Below, piece by piece: positions 9,526-19,264 of a stretch of 64,000 nucleotides of DNA. A program made the translations under genes and the position numbers. Every line of letters begins with the position of its first letter. Positions within the stretch are counted from its first letter, which is position 1. The stretch is from Thermoanaerobaculia bacterium. Lineage in GTDB: Bacteria > Acidobacteriota > Thermoanaerobaculia > Gp7-AA8. The notes under the pieces were generated by a model that saw only the letters and a program-made list of their open reading frames with translations, searched no databases and had not been told where the DNA came from. The stretch lies in the NCBI GenBank assembly GCA_035996815.1, contig DASYJF010000145.1, positions 24,345 through 88,344 of the forward strand, written 5' to 3'.

Positions 9526-12378
9526 CTACGGAGGTCCGAAGAGATCTTCTGGAATCTCAACGCGCGGCAGTTCAACCGATACCCGCAGCGGCAACGCGAT
9601 CGGCGGGTCGAGTTTCAAGCCAAGTGCGGAGGCGGGCAGCGTCTGAATTTCGCGCTTCGCGGCGATGCGCGGTTCGTTGATGCGCACGACGCCGCTGAAC
9701 TGCAGCGGCGCGAGCGCTGGGCGCGGGAGCGCGCGCAACACGTCGTCGAGCGCGGCGCGGTCGGCGGCGGGCATCGGCGCGAATGCGATGACTGGCAGCG
9801 GCTGCGGTGCGGTGGTGTGGATGACGCGCAGATCGCGTGCGTGCTCGGCGAGAAGCGGATTCGATTCGGAAACGAGCGCGGCGTCGGTGCGGCCGTACAG
9901 CGCGTTGGCGGCGGCGGTGACGTCGTCGGCAACGCGCGTGGTCACGTTGACGCCGTCATCGCCCAGGGCTTCCGAGCCGCTGATCGTCTTGCCGCGAAGA
10001 TCGGCGAGCGACTTCGCAGTGCTGCGAATCGGCACGATTACCTTGCACACGTACGTCGTATGTCCTTCGCGGCTGAATGCAAAGCGCGGCGCGAAATCGT
10101 GGGTGATGAATTCAGGGTTGGCGATGATCACGCCGATGCGATCGTGGTTCGCGGCGATGAACGCTCGCGCGTCGTCCGCGCGGCGAAAGAGTTCCGTCTT
10201 CAGCGGCAGTGACGACGCGCCGGCAAGACTCGCGACGATCGCCGTCGCAGCCTCGGCCAACTTCTTCTCCGTTTCCGCAGGCGTGTCGGGCAGGAAAACG
10301 ACGACGGTGTGACGCGGCGTAGGTGATGTTGGCTCCTCGGCGATTTCGTTCGCCGGTTGCGCGGCTTCGAGATTCTTTTTCGCGGCTGACTCGATCGCCG
10401 CCGGCAAATCGCCCGCGATGGAGCGGGAAAGCGACTCGCGCCCGTCGCTGCCCGTGATGAGATCAGCAGTCCCGCGGATGAAGAGCGCGACCGATTGTCT
10501 TCGTTCGTCCAGCGATGCCGCACGTTCCGCGAGCACGCGTGCACGGCGCGCAGCAGTTTCGTCCTGATGTTTCGCGGCCCGATCGAGTTCGTCCGCGGCT
10601 TGCGCGATCAGCGCGGCCGCCAGCGACTTCTTCGCGTGGCCGCAGACATCGGCTTCCGATCCAAGCGTCAGCTCGAGCACTGAACCTGCTCGGCGGCCCC
10701 ACGTGTCAGGGCATCGCATTGCATCGAGCAAGGACGCCGCATCGTCATATCTCCGTTCAGCAATCGCCACCTCGGCCGCCGCAAGTGACACTTCGCTCCA
10801 ATCGGCGAACGCTTTGTGGGCAGCGGCCAGGTGCGGCTTGGCGTCCGCCAACATTCCGAGTTGCCAGAAGAGAATCCCCGCATCGCCGCGCGCGATCGGC
10901 GAGGCACTCTGCGCGAGCGACTTCGCCGCAACATCGCGTTTGCCGTCGAGCGCGTCGAACACCGCTGTGACCTCGGGTGTCGTGATGTGCAACGCGCGCA
11001 GATTCGCGACCGTCGGATTCTGGCGCAGATTCACGACGCCGATTTCGGCGCGTAACGCCGGACGATCGGGCAGCGCTTCGAGCGCGGCACGTTCCGCGGC
11101 GAGTTCGCCTGCATCGCGCGCGACGAGCGCCCGCTCGAGCATCACGATGTTGTTTTGCAGTGCGCGTTGCAGCAGCGACTTTGCATCGTCCAGGCGTTGC
11201 TCGTGCCGCGCGATGCGTCCGAGGAGCAGCAGCGACTCGGCGTCGTTCGCATCAAGTTTCAAAACGTTTTCTAGCGACGCGCGTGCACCGGCGCGATCGC
11301 CGCGAATCAGTTGCGCGCGGCCGAGCATCTTCAGCGCGATGCGTTTCGAATCGGCGTCGAAGTGCGGCATGCCGTCGCGCAGCAGCTTGATCGCGTCGTC
11401 GTACTTTGCGGACTTGAACGCGATCGTGCCGAGGTGGAGATACGCAAGCGGCAGCGACTCGTCGCCGGCCAGCGCCTTGCGGTACTCCAACTGCGCGCGG
11501 TCGGTCTTGCCGGTCGTGAAAAAGAGAAAGCCGAGGTTGTAGTGAGCGGTGGTGCTGTCGTCGATGCTGGCCGCCTTCTGATACGCATCGATCGCTTCGG
11601 ACCACTTCTGCTGTTTCAGATAGATCGCGCCGAGGTTCGCATAGGCGCGGGCGTTGACGACTTCGACCGGTTGATGCGTCGTGAATGCCTGATCGATCGG
11701 CGCGAGAGCCATGCGATACGCGTCGAGCGCCGCGTCGTAGCGGCCGGCGTCGAAGAGCACCGCGCCGAGGTTGAAATAGGCGCGCAGAAACGTGTGATCG
11801 AGATCGGCCGCTTTGCGATACGCGGCGATCGCGTCATCCTTGCGGCCGAGCGCCACGAGCGTGTTGCCGAGGGTGAATTGGTACTTCGCATCGTCGGGCG
11901 CGAGTTGCGTGGCCTGTGTGATCGCGGCCATCGCGTCGTCGTTGCGATTGAGCGAACGAAGGATCGTCGCGCGCAGCGAGTAGAGCGCGGCATCGCGCGG
12001 CGTTTTCGCGATCGCCGCGTCGACGTATTTCAGCGCGTCGGCCGATTTCCCCAGTTGCTGCGCGGCCGCGGCGGCGTTGGAGAGCAGCGTCCGATCCGCG
12101 GGCGCTGCAGCGGTACCGCGCACGAAGGTGTCGTATGCCTCGGACACTTTCCCCTGCTTGAAGTAAAGCGCGCCGAGGTCCACGTACGCGGATGCGAGCG
12201 ACGGCGCGACTTCGATTACGCGGCGGTACTTCGCGACCGCATCGTCGATCCGATTCGCTTCGCGTGCGCGCTCGGCGTCTTCCATGAGACTGCGCGCGAC
12301 CTCGGGGATGTCCTCCTGAGCGCGCGCAACCGGCGCGACGATCGTCAGCGCGATCACTGCGGCAAGGACGAAGCGCAT
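9526..12378 (-). CDS. Secreted multi-TPR protein with a C-terminal periplasmic-binding-protein-like domain
   Basis: Signal peptide [21 protein letters not shown]. At least 10 TPR units (AYxNLGxxYxxxGxxxEAxxxYxKA). C-terminal ~300 aa resembles PhnD/SBP-type domains. Start trimmed to avoid overlap with purQ. Confidence 0.55.
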   Translation of the reverse strand: MRFVLAAVIALTIVAPVARAQEDIPEVARSLMEDAERAREANRIDDAVAKYRRVIEVAPSLASAYVDLGALYFKQGKVSEAYDTFVRGTAAAPADRTLLSNAAAAAQQLGKSADALKYVDAAIAKTPRDAALYSLRATILRSLNRNDDAMAAITQATQLAPDDAKYQFTLGNTLVALGRKDDAIAAYRKAADLDHTFLRAYFNLGAVLFDAGRYDAALDAYRMALAPIDQAFTTHQPVEVVNARAYANLGAIYLKQQKWSEAIDAYQKAASIDDSTTAHYNLGFLFFTTGKTDRAQLEYRKALAGDESLPLAYLHLGTIAFKSAKYDDAIKLLRDGMPHFDADSKRIALKMLGRAQLIRGDRAGARASLENVLKLDANDAESLLLLGRIARHEQRLDDAKSLLQRALQNNIVMLERALVARDAGELAAERAALEALPDRPALRAEIGVVNLRQNPTVANLRALHITTPEVTAVFDALDGKRDVAAKSLAQSASPIARGDAGILFWQLGMLADAKPHLAAAHKAFADWSEVSLAAAEVAIAERRYDDAASLLDAMRCPDTWGRRAGSVLELTLGSEADVCGHAKKSLAAALIAQAADELDRAAKHQDETAARRARVLAERAASLDERRQSVALFIRGTADLITGSDGRESLSRSIAGDLPAAIESAAKKNLEAAQPANEIAEEPTSPTPRHTVVVFLPDTPAETEKKLAEAATAIVASLAGASSLPLKTELFRRADDARAFIAANHDRIGVIIANPEFITHDFAPRFAFSREGHTTYVCKVIVPIRSTAKSLADLRGKTISGSEALGDDGVNVTTRVADDVTAAANALYGRTDAALVSESNPLLAEHARDLRVIHTTAPQPLPVIAFAPMPAADRAALDDVLRALPRPALAPLQFSGVVRINEPRIAAKREIQTLPASALGLKLDPPIALPLRVSVELPRVEIPEDLFGPP

Positions 12379-12382
12379 CCGC

Positions 12383-13078
12383 TCAGACCTTCGCCATCGC
12401 CGCGGCGATCGAACGGAAAATGCCGAAGCCGTCGGTGTTACCCAGCAGCGCTTCGGCACAACGCTCCGGATGCGGCATCATCCCGAGCTCGTTGCGGCCC
12501 GCGTTGCAAATGCCGGCGATGTTGCGCGCGGAACCGTTCGGATTCGCGTCGCGCGTGATGCGCCCCTCGGCATCGCAATAGCGAAAGATGACCTGTCGAT
12601 TGCGCTCGAGATCATCGAGCGTTGCGTCATCCGCGAAGTAGTTGCCTTCGCCATGCGCGATCGGAACACGCAGCACCGCGCCGCGCTCCAATTCGCACGT
12701 GAACGGCGTATCCGTCTCTTCGACACGCAGAAAAACGTCGCGGCCGAGGAAACGCAGATGCTGGTTGCGCATCAGCGCGCCGGGCAGCAGACCGGCCTCG
12801 GTGAGCACCTGAAATCCGTTGCAGATGCCGAAGACCATTCCGCCATCGGCCGCATGACGCCGGATCGGCTCCATCACCGGCGCGAACTTCGCCAGCGCGC
12901 CGGCGCGAAGGTAATCGCCGTACGCGAACCCGCCGGGGATGATCACGCAGTCGGCGCCACGAAGGTCCGTCTCCTTGTGCCACAGCAGTTCGACCTCGGC
13001 TTCGAGCACATCACGCGTCACGTGCACCGCGTCGTGATCGCAGTTCGAGCCGGGCAGGACGACGACGCCGAATTTCAT
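12383..13078 (-). CDS. purQ: Phosphoribosylformylglycinamidine synthase, glutaminase subunit
   Basis: [16 protein letters not shown]…GICNGFQ…HGEGN…PHPER: class-I glutamine amidotransferase triad in a PurQ-specific context. Confidence 0.9.
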   Translation of the reverse strand: MKFGVVVLPGSNCDHDAVHVTRDVLEAEVELLWHKETDLRGADCVIIPGGFAYGDYLRAGALAKFAPVMEPIRRHAADGGMVFGICNGFQVLTEAGLLPGALMRNQHLRFLGRDVFLRVEETDTPFTCELERGAVLRVPIAHGEGNYFADDATLDDLERNRQVIFRYCDAEGRITRDANPNGSARNIAGICNAGRNELGMMPHPERCAEALLGNTDGFGIFRSIAAAMAKV

Positions 13079-13179
13079 GGCGCGCAAGTTTAGCGCGGGC
13101 TCGCGATGTAACGAACCCCGATGAGCCTGCAGTACTTCTTTACTACCGGAGATCGGGAGCAGGTCCTCCCAACACCAAA

Positions 13180-14543
13180 ATGGTCTTCAGGTCCAAAACG
13201 GATAGCGGCGAGATCAAGAAGCCGCAGCAGCAGAACTCGCGGGTTCCGCTGGTGATCACGATCGTGGCGCTGGCCGTGGTGGGGAGCGCCTACTACGTTT
13301 ATTACCGCCAGCACGCGGAGTACTACACCGGCCGGAATCTGCGCCTTCTCTCCATGCTCAGGTCGAAGGACGCGTGACGATGTTCTCGTCAGCCTGAAAG
13401 CTCAATCCGTTGGCGCGGGCACCTCCGGCAAGAAAATCGACGACATCTTCTCCACGCCGGGATTGAAGTTCGGACAATGTTCCGAAGAACTCCCGGCCGA
13501 GCTGCCGAAGCCGGGCCGCATCCAGATGCGGCGCGATGCCGTAGAAAGCGCGCGCGGTTGGAAAATGCGGCTGCGGGCGTATCTCGATCAACAGACGACA
13601 TGCGCGTCCGTCACGATCGACGATGTCGCTCGTCCGATCTTTACGCGCGACCTCGGCGCCGCCTTCGACGTGCTTCTCATAGCCAGGGAGGACGGCACCG
13701 TTCTGTACAGCATCCGTCCTCCTCCTGCGTCATCGACACTTCTCGGCAATCAAGATGAATGGATCGTGAAGCGGAAGAGCTCCCGCCCGTCGCGCCGATC
13801 AAATCAGCGGCGTCAATGACGGCCACGCTTCCGACCGCAGCGCCAGCCACAGATACTTCATCCGCGGACAAGAAATCCGCGAGCGACTCCTCAAGCAAAT
13901 CGGCCGTGATGACGGAACGCGACAACGGACCGCCGGTGCTGATCACCAATCTGAAGGCGCTGCAGAAACGAAAGGCCGGCTGGTTCTCGGGCTACGAGCC
14001 GGTCACTCCGGCATCGCTGACGATGGCCACCAGCGACATTACCGTGTCGCTCGGCGGCAGCGACTACGGGCTGTTTACGCAGCCCTACACCTACTCGCGA
14101 TTGCCGGCCAGCGTCCACGCCAGGAAGAGCAACGAGTGGGCGTCTGCGGATTGGTATCGGCATCGCGCTTTCGCTACGACGTCTTCGCCGTTTCGACGTC
14201 AATCGTCCTGATCGCAATCGCCATCGGCCTGCTGGCGCTTTGCTGCTGGCCGTATCTTCGGATCGCGCTCATTCATCCGAGTCAGCCTCTGGCAATCACC
14301 GACGTCGTACTTATCATCTTCTGCACCATCGTCGGCTCGGTCGTGATCACGCTGGCGCTGCTCGACGCGTTCGCCTACCGCGGCATCACGCAAACCGCTG
14401 ACGAACAACTGCAGAAGTTCGGCGACGCGGTGAACCGCGACTTCGCCCGCGACGTCAGCCGCGCCATGGAGACGTCCTCGCGGCAGCTCAACCAGAGGCC
14501 GGCGAAGTACGCCACGGCGCTGACCACAGGACTACGATCCTGA
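13180..14543 (+). pseudogene. Probable degraded sensor gene (TM – Cache-like periplasmic domain – TM – HAMP-like), broken into four frames and lacking an output domain
   Basis: Consecutive plus-strand ORFs in frames 1/2/1/3 (13180-13377, ~13376-13819, 13759-14211, 14136-14543). Together they read TM helix, …LLIAREDGTVLYS… and …ITVSLGGSDYGLFTQPY… (Cache-like), TM helix, HAMP-like segment, then stop. No kinase or MCP domain follows. Confidence 0.35.
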
Positions 14544-14616
14544 TGAAACTGGTCGGAGCATTCGCCGAAAAGCGCAGCGACGTGAACGCGTAGGGACGCG
14601 AAGGTGGGATCCGCCT

Positions 14617-14634
14617 GGCTCCGGCAGTAAGACG
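14617..14634. repeat. Distal att-like direct repeat of the tRNA-Asn 3' end (17/18 identical)
   Basis: Direct sequence comparison with 16583-16600. Confidence 0.65.
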
Positions 14635-14688
14635 AAGGACCCCTCACTTTGGTCACGCAACCCCGCGCGAGCAAAGAATGCCAAAAGA

Positions 14689-14925
14689 ATGGCAAAACAA
14701 CCGTATACTTCGACGACCATGGCGCGGCAGCCGAACCAGTTACCAACGGCGACCCTGACGGTGTCCACGACGCCGCAAGTGCTGCTGGAACTCGAACGCT
14801 TGGTTTCGACCGGCCATTTCGGAAAAAATACGGCGGATGCGGCCGAGAGAATCATCTCGACGTACTTGCATTCAGCGTTCGGAAGCGAAACTGCCAGCCC
14901 GAGAAACGCGACAAGCAACCGATAG
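14689..14925 (+). CDS. Small ribbon-helix-helix (CopG/Arc-like) putative regulator
   Basis: …TATLTVSTTPQVLLELERLVSTGHFGKNTADAAERIISTYL… fits the RHH beta-strand + two-helix pattern. Stop lies 17 nt before the next gene. Confidence 0.4.
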   Translation: MAKQPYTSTTMARQPNQLPTATLTVSTTPQVLLELERLVSTGHFGKNTADAAERIISTYLHSAFGSETASPRNATSNR

Positions 14926-14941
14926 GGGGTCCGGCACAGCG

Positions 14942-15691
14942 ATGCCCATCGACGATAAACGGTTATTGAAAAACGCTCCAATCGTCGAAGCGCTCATCGA
15001 TATTCGGGTAACGCCGGCGGACAGTTTCACTCAGACCCACCTGGAAGCTGTGAAGAGTCAGCTCGGCAAATTTTTTTCGTCCGTGGACGAACAAAAACAG
15101 GGTGAGCTGTTTTTTCAGATCGTCGAGGGCCGCGTCGCGGAGCCTCCGACGGTCGCCGACCGCGGCGTGACCGGTCTGCTGTTTCGGGCCACCGACCGTG
15201 AGGAGGCAGTGCAGGTTCAGGAAGGGGGCTTCGTATTCAGCAAACTCAGGCCTTACTCGAGCTGGGAAGACGTCTCCACTTCGGCTCGTCGGTACTGGGA
15301 GATTTACTCGTCTGCCATCCCGCTTAGGCAAGTGAATCGATTAGCAGTGCGATACATCAACCATTTTGTCGTACCGCGGCACAAGCAGATATCGGATTAC
15401 TTGGCGGCGCCGCCGGCCGTTCCGGAGGGCATCGAACCAGCGTCGCTGATGAACTCCCTATCGCGGTTGTTGCTTATTGGACCTGGAAATCTAGAAGCGA
15501 GACTTCAGCTGGCGTGTGACACAGCAGACTTCGGATCCAACGTGTTAATGGATATCGACTGCTTTCGCGCGGTGCAATTTGAGCCGTCCGCCGATACGTT
15601 CTGGCCGTCTCTGCAGGAACTTCGCGAGATGAAAAATCGTATCTTTTTCGGAAGCATCACCCGTTTTGCAGAAGAGGAGTTCAACAAATGA
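14942..15691 (+). CDS. TIGR04255-family-like hypothetical protein
   Basis: N-terminus …KNAPIVEALIDIRV… matches the conserved N-terminal signature I associate with TIGR04255. No catalytic motif identified. Start trimmed to MPIDDKRL. Confidence 0.5.
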   Translation: MPIDDKRLLKNAPIVEALIDIRVTPADSFTQTHLEAVKSQLGKFFSSVDEQKQGELFFQIVEGRVAEPPTVADRGVTGLLFRATDREEAVQVQEGGFVFSKLRPYSSWEDVSTSARRYWEIYSSAIPLRQVNRLAVRYINHFVVPRHKQISDYLAAPPAVPEGIEPASLMNSLSRLLLIGPGNLEARLQLACDTADFGSNVLMDIDCFRAVQFEPSADTFWPSLQELREMKNRIFFGSITRFAEEEFNK

Positions 15692-16188
15692 CTGCCGACA
15701 CCCCGTGGATCAATGTTGACCTGTTTGCCGGCGACTCGAGTACCGCGGTGGGAGTCGAGGCTCGATGCTTCGCGACCACAGAGCGCGAGATCATTTCGGA
15801 GTGGCTCGCGGCACCAATCACGGGCGCTCCCTTGCGCGACGGCCTTCGAGCGATCATGGAAGCGGCAAGTGAAACGCAGAGGACGAATTGGGACGGCAAC
15901 GGAGCGGCGCCTTTTAAACAGCGGGCATTACTCAACGCGGTACGGTTGCTGAAGCGACTTCCGGTAACCATGCCAGTCGATGATGTCTATGTTGATGCTG
16001 ATGGAGCCGTACTGCTTGAGTGGCAGACTTCGACCAAACGTTCCTTTACCGTAGCCGTCAACGAACATGGCGAACTGCACTTCGCCGGTGTGTTCGGGCT
16101 GAGCCGCCTTCGAGGCCGCGATATTTTTGTCGGCGACCGCGTACCTGAAAGCATCCGTCTTGGCATCCGCCGGGTGTTCGACGCGTGA
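15688..16188 (+). CDS. Hypothetical protein (166 aa), translationally coupled (ATGA overlap)
   Basis: ORF with a 4-nt overlap to the upstream gene. No recognisable motif. Confidence 0.5.
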   Translation: MTADTPWINVDLFAGDSSTAVGVEARCFATTEREIISEWLAAPITGAPLRDGLRAIMEAASETQRTNWDGNGAAPFKQRALLNAVRLLKRLPVTMPVDDVYVDADGAVLLEWQTSTKRSFTVAVNEHGELHFAGVFGLSRLRGRDIFVGDRVPESIRLGIRRVFDA

Positions 16189-16565
16189 CGATGTTTTCTG
16201 TCGTCGCCGCAGAATCTGCTGTTGCTCGGTTTCTCTTCAGCGGCCATCTGAAAGGAAGCCGCGTTCGCCCCAACGCTTTCATCCCGCCGGAACACGACCT
16301 TCGGCTGTCGGTGTGTGTTACGGACGACCTCACGACCCAGGACATTCACGCATGGGGCAAGCTGTACGCGTCGTCCCCTGATCGCGAAGCCAAAGGATTC
16401 GCGCTTCTTCACGTCTTTGATTTTCACGCGGAGGACCTCTCGGTCGAGCGCGACGACGACCCGCCGCGTCACGCAGAAGTCGCTGGTTGGCCCGCCGACA
16501 AAGAAGCTCGCCTCGATGTCGCGAAGCAACTCGTGCGTGCGATTGCGGAGATTCAGTTAGGTTGA
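16185..16565 (+). CDS. Hypothetical protein (126 aa), translationally coupled (GTGA overlap)
   Basis: 4-nt overlap with the upstream gene. Ends 18 nt from the tRNA 3' end. No recognisable motif. Confidence 0.45.
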   Translation: MTMFSVVAAESAVARFLFSGHLKGSRVRPNAFIPPEHDLRLSVCVTDDLTTQDIHAWGKLYASSPDREAKGFALLHVFDFHAEDLSVERDDDPPRHAEVAGWPADKEARLDVAKQLVRAIAEIQLG

Positions 16566-16582
16566 TTCGGCGCTTGGCGCCT

Positions 16583-16658
16583 TGGCTCCGGCAGTAGGAC
16601 TCGAACCTACGACCCACGGATTAACAGTCCGTTGCTCTACCAACTGAGCTATGCCGGA
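16583..16658 (-). tRNA. tRNA-Asn (anticodon GTT)
   Basis: Reverse complement gives TCCGGCATAGCTCAGTTGGTAGAGCAACGGACTGTTAATCCGTGGGTCGTAGGTTCGAGTCCTACTGCCGGAGCCA. The cloverleaf folds, the anticodon loop is CTGTTAA, and CCA is encoded. Confidence 0.9.
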
Positions 16659-16709
16659 GTACTTGCGGCGCGGCGGGCGGCGGACGATAGCAAAGCGTCG
16701 TCCACGCCG

Positions 16710-17171
16710 TCAACGTGGGGGCAAACCGAGGGGGGTGGCAGTGTATTTCGCGAGGGCGGAGGTCAGGCGCGGGAGCAAATCGGCGAGTTCGGAGTACTCG
16801 ATCAGGTCGATTTCGCGGTCGCCGGCGACCATGGCCGTGCAGCGCGATGTGTGCGCCGGCCGGTAGAGGCAGATGACCGGGATTCCGTAGCGGTAGCGGG
16901 CGGTGGCGATCTCGTATCCGACTCCCGTCGACGGCATCGACGCTTCGGCCACGAGCACGTCGGCGGCGGCGATCCAGGCGAGGTCGCGGTCGAAGATCGG
17001 GCAGGAGTCGAGCGCCTCGCCGGATGCGGTCACATGTTCCGCGGCTACTGCGCCGGCGAGCACGTGATGGCCTGCGGCTTCGAGTGCCGCGATGATCTCG
17101 CGATACAGCGCGACGTCGCCGCGGCCTCCGCTGATTGCGCCGGCGAAGTAGATCGTTCTTTTGACTTTCAT
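16710..17171 (-). CDS. 2'-deoxynucleoside 5'-phosphate N-hydrolase (DNPH1/Rcl-like; nucleoside 2-deoxyribosyltransferase superfamily)
   Basis: TIYFAGAISGGRGD…LYREIIAAL…DRDLAWIAAADVLVAEASMPSTGVGYEIATA…ICLYRP closely parallels the DNPH1 sequence as I recall it. Confidence 0.65.
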   Translation of the reverse strand: MKVKRTIYFAGAISGGRGDVALYREIIAALEAAGHHVLAGAVAAEHVTASGEALDSCPIFDRDLAWIAAADVLVAEASMPSTGVGYEIATARYRYGIPVICLYRPAHTSRCTAMVAGDREIDLIEYSELADLLPRLTSALAKYTATPLGLPPR

Positions 17172-17254
17172 CCTGCGTGAGCGCAGCGAGCGTCAGGATC
17201 TCCAGTTGGCGCGGTTCCACCGGAGATCCTGACGATCGCTGCGCTCACGCAGGA
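17170..17254. promoter_or_regulatory. 34-bp-arm near-perfect inverted repeat (1 mismatch, 17-nt spacer) over the start of the DNPH1-like gene and the rng leader
   Basis: atcctgcgtgagcgcagcgagcgtcaggatctcc … ggagatcctgacgatcgctgcgctcacgcaggat. Confidence 0.7.
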
Positions 17255-17270
17255 TAGAGTAGAAAAAACC

Positions 17271-18773
17271 ATGTCCCGCGAAATCGTCATCAACGCCGCC
17301 AAACACGAGTCCCGAATCGCCGTGCTCGATGAAGGGCAGGTCGTCGAGCTGTGGGTCGAGCGCACGCGGCATCGCACCATCGTTGGCAACATCTACAAAG
17401 GCCGCGTGACGAAAGTCCTCCCCGGCATGCAGTCGGCCTTCGTCGACCTCGGGCTGGAGCGCGACGCGTTTCTCTACGTCTCCGACGTCATCGAAGATCT
17501 CGAAGAGTTCGACAACGCCGATTCGAGCGACGACCTCACGCTCGACGACGTTCCGCAGCAGCGCGCCGAGGCATCCATTGCCGATCTGTTGCGCGAGGGG
17601 CAGGAGATTGTGGTGCAGGTGTCGAAAGACACGATCGCCGGCAAAGGCGCGCGCATCACCAGCCACATCACGCTGCCGGGGCGCTTCCTCGTGTACATGC
17701 CGACCGTCAACCACATCGGCGTTTCGCGGCGCATCGAGAACGAGGGCGAACGGACACGGCTCAAGGAGATCCTCGATCGCATTCGGCCGCCCGGCGCGGG
17801 AGGATTCATCGTCCGCACGGCCGGCGAGGAGCGCGAGGAGGATGAGTTCCGCGCCGATCTGAAATACCTCACCGACCTTTGGGAGCAGATCAAACGGAAG
17901 GGCGAGAAAGCCTCGGCGCCGACGGCGCTGCATCACGATCTCGATCTCGTCCTGCGCACGATTCGCGACGTGCTCTCTCCCGAGTTCAAGAGCGTGTGGG
18001 TCGATTCGGTCGATCAATATCAGCGCATTGTCGAGTTCCTCGATCAGATCCAGCCGAATCTCGTGTCGCGCGTTCGGCTCTACCGCCGCGATGAGCCGAT
18101 CTTCGAGGACTTCAGCATCGAAGCCGAGATCTTGAAGGCGCTGAAGTCGAAGGTGTGGCTTAAGTCCGGCGGCTACATCGTCATCAATCAGACCGAGGCG
18201 TTGGTCGCGATCGACGTGAACACGGGGAAGTACGTCGGCAAGAAGAATCTCGAGGAGACGGTCTTCAAGACGAACCTCGAAGCGGCCAAAGAAATCGTCC
18301 GCCAAATCCGCCTGCGCGACCTCGGCGGAATCATCGTGCTCGACTTCATCGACATGGAGGACCTCTCCAATCGCGAGCGACTCTTCGAAGCGCTCGAAAT
18401 CGAAATTCGCAAGGATCGATCGAAGACGAAGATCCTGCAGATCTCCGAGTTTGGCTTGATCGAGATGACGCGAAAGCGCGTGCGACAAAGTCTGGAACGC
18501 TCGCTGACGCAGGCCTGCCCGTATTGCGGAGGCAGCGGCCGGATCAAGTCGAATACGACGATTGCCTTCGAGATCTGGCGCGAACTCGCGAAACTGCACG
18601 ATCTGCACGAAGGGCAGGACGTCATCGTCCGCCTCAATCCCGTCGTCTACGGCTCCGTGCACAACGCGAACGATCCGATTTTCGAAGAGATCGAACGCAA
18701 CATGGGCGTGCACCTGGTATTCAAGCCGGACGACTCGCTACACCACGAGCAGTTCGATGTGATGCGAATTTGA
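17271..18773 (+). CDS. rng: Ribonuclease G (RNase E/G family)
   Basis: N-terminal S1 domain (GNIYKGRVTKVLPGMQSAFVDLG), DNase-I-like catalytic core, and a CPYCGGSG zinc link. 500 aa fits RNase G rather than RNase E. Confidence 0.85.
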   Translation: MSREIVINAAKHESRIAVLDEGQVVELWVERTRHRTIVGNIYKGRVTKVLPGMQSAFVDLGLERDAFLYVSDVIEDLEEFDNADSSDDLTLDDVPQQRAEASIADLLREGQEIVVQVSKDTIAGKGARITSHITLPGRFLVYMPTVNHIGVSRRIENEGERTRLKEILDRIRPPGAGGFIVRTAGEEREEDEFRADLKYLTDLWEQIKRKGEKASAPTALHHDLDLVLRTIRDVLSPEFKSVWVDSVDQYQRIVEFLDQIQPNLVSRVRLYRRDEPIFEDFSIEAEILKALKSKVWLKSGGYIVINQTEALVAIDVNTGKYVGKKNLEETVFKTNLEAAKEIVRQIRLRDLGGIIVLDFIDMEDLSNRERLFEALEIEIRKDRSKTKILQISEFGLIEMTRKRVRQSLERSLTQACPYCGGSGRIKSNTTIAFEIWRELAKLHDLHEGQDVIVRLNPVVYGSVHNANDPIFEEIERNMGVHLVFKPDDSLHHEQFDVMRI

Positions 18774-18857
18774 GGGAATGGGGGGTCGGGCGTCGGGGGT
18801 CGTAGAACCACACTTCCCCTCGGCACGCCCCGTGCAGTTTGACCGTGCCGAGCTGTC

Positions 18858-19160
18858 ATGTCTCTCGAAGATACGTTCACGAATCTCGCCTCCTTCCTGA
18901 ACAGCCTCGACGCCGAGGGGGAGCAGAAGTTCGAGCTGTCGCACTCGCTGGTGATCATCTGTCCCGACTGCGGCAAGAACATCGCCTTCCGCAACCGCTG
19001 CCCGAAGTGCGGCGGCAATTCGTGGATTCCGGCGGGACATTCAGGCGGGATTTTCGAGCAGATGAAAGCGCAGCGCTGGCGCACGGAGATGCAAAGCGAC
19101 GATGGGGATGACTCCGAGGTCGAAGTGCGTGAGCCCGAAGAAGCGCGCGCGGACGCGTAG
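18858..19160 (+). CDS. Small zinc-ribbon protein with an acidic tail, function unknown
   Basis: CPDCG…CPKCGG forms a four-Cys ribbon. Confidence 0.4.
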   Translation: MSLEDTFTNLASFLNSLDAEGEQKFELSHSLVIICPDCGKNIAFRNRCPKCGGNSWIPAGHSGGIFEQMKAQRWRTEMQSDDGDDSEVEVREPEEARADA

Positions 19161-19264
19161 CCGGCACGGCCGGCAGCGCTGGTTCCCTAAGGCTCCGCAA
19201 AGTTGGCTCTTCAAATCTTGTGTCGCGCGAATTGCCGGAGCAGAGGACTGAAAATCCTCGTGTC

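Larger units (their letters stand above)
14616..16582. mobile_element. tRNA-Asn-associated genomic islet (~1.95 kb) bounded by an att-like direct repeat; no integrase
   Basis: The 18-nt tRNA 3' end (tggctccggcagtaggac, 16583-16600 as written on the + strand) recurs as tggctccggcagtaagac at 14617-14634. The four genes in between are tightly coupled. Confidence 0.5.

Noticed and set aside
13358-13591. Minus-strand 77-aa ORF inside the degraded sensor region as the real gene
   Set aside because: The plus-strand frames give a coherent TM/Cache-like reading across the region. The minus ORF has no motif and no partners.
14649-14969. 106-aa ORF overlapping the RHH-like gene in another frame
   Set aside because: The RHH-like frame shows a recognisable fold pattern and clean spacing to the next gene. 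The overlapping frame does not.
16419-16431. Third copy of the 87-bp palindromic element inside the last islet gene
   Set aside because: Only a 13-nt core (ttttcacgcggag) matches. The inverted partner arm is absent, so this is noted only as a possible chance or partial match.
14616-16583. Integrase / recombinase inside the tRNA-Asn islet
   Set aside because: I looked for one in all frames within and next to the islet. None of the ORFs carries tyrosine- or serine-recombinase motifs, so the islet is reported as integrase-less.
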